Positions 63,811-64,000 of a stretch of 64,000 bases of DNA are shown one piece after another. Each line of letters starts with the position of its first letter. Within the stretch, counting starts at the first letter, position 1. The notes under the pieces are model-generated. The model did no database searches, was not told where the DNA came from, and was given only the letters and a program-made list of their open reading frames with translations. This DNA is from Alloascoidea hylecoeti (taxonomy: Eukaryota), in NCBI GenBank assembly GCA_001600815.1, contig BCKZ01000006.1, positions 683,048 through 747,047 on the forward strand, in the 5' to 3' direction. The translations under genes and the position numbers were made by a program.

Positions 63811-64000
63811 TTATAATTTTATAGTAACAGAATATATTCTAACAGAAGTATCTTCACTTGAAACTGCAACTTCTAAATTAACAGTTCCATCTTCAAACTC
63901 TTGTTTACCAGGTTTCCAAGAAATTCTTGAAACTCTTGTTGCAGGTGTAAATTTATCATTTATAATAGCTAATCTTTTAAATCCCAAATCATATTTAAAT
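63811..64000 (-). CDS. ELP2: Elongator WD40 subunit Elp2, 3' end only
   Basis: Minus frame reads KFTPATRVSRISWKP...VAVSSEDTSVRIYSVTIKL*, resembling the last Elp2 WD repeat; convergent to a PMT gene as in S. cerevisiae PMT6/ELP2. Confidence 0.7.
   Translation of the reverse strand, partial: FKYDLGFKRLAIINDKFTPATRVSRISWKPGKQEFEDGTVNLEVAVSSEDTSVRIYSVTIKL

Overview
AT-rich fungal nuclear DNA, most likely a non-Saccharomyces, intron-retaining budding yeast (short ~50-140 nt GTAAGT/GTATGT...AG introns). The window holds about 24 protein-coding genes: a GPI cell-wall protein (3' part, N-gap), URN1, PRE9, a TMEM170/MAY24-like gene, ERG11, an ELL-like factor, NPL4, SEC66, RAX1, UTP11, a secreted EEP hydrolase, two SUR1/CSH1-type MIPC synthases, ERB1, ESP1, a Myb/SANT-like gene, RRG8-like, a flavin reductase-like gene, NNF2/AcrB-like, JEN1, DAL5-like, a GH13 alpha-glucosidase, a PMT2-family gene and the 3' end of ELP2. 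It also has tRNA-Asp(GTC) and tRNA-Gly(GCC). Most notable: (1) the two divergent MIPC-synthase genes share a 397-bp perfect inverted repeat with mirrored ambiguous bases around a 2.15-kb segment carrying both 5' ends and the promoters, a flip/flop-competent or gene-conversion layout; (2) a sharp GC-rich peak crossing the ELL/NPL4 boundary inside a very AT-rich trough; (3) a dispersed family of degenerate coding relics ('RNKIA'); (4) an apparently over-represented intergenic palindrome TATAA(G/C)TTATA. All calls are by eye, with no database searches.
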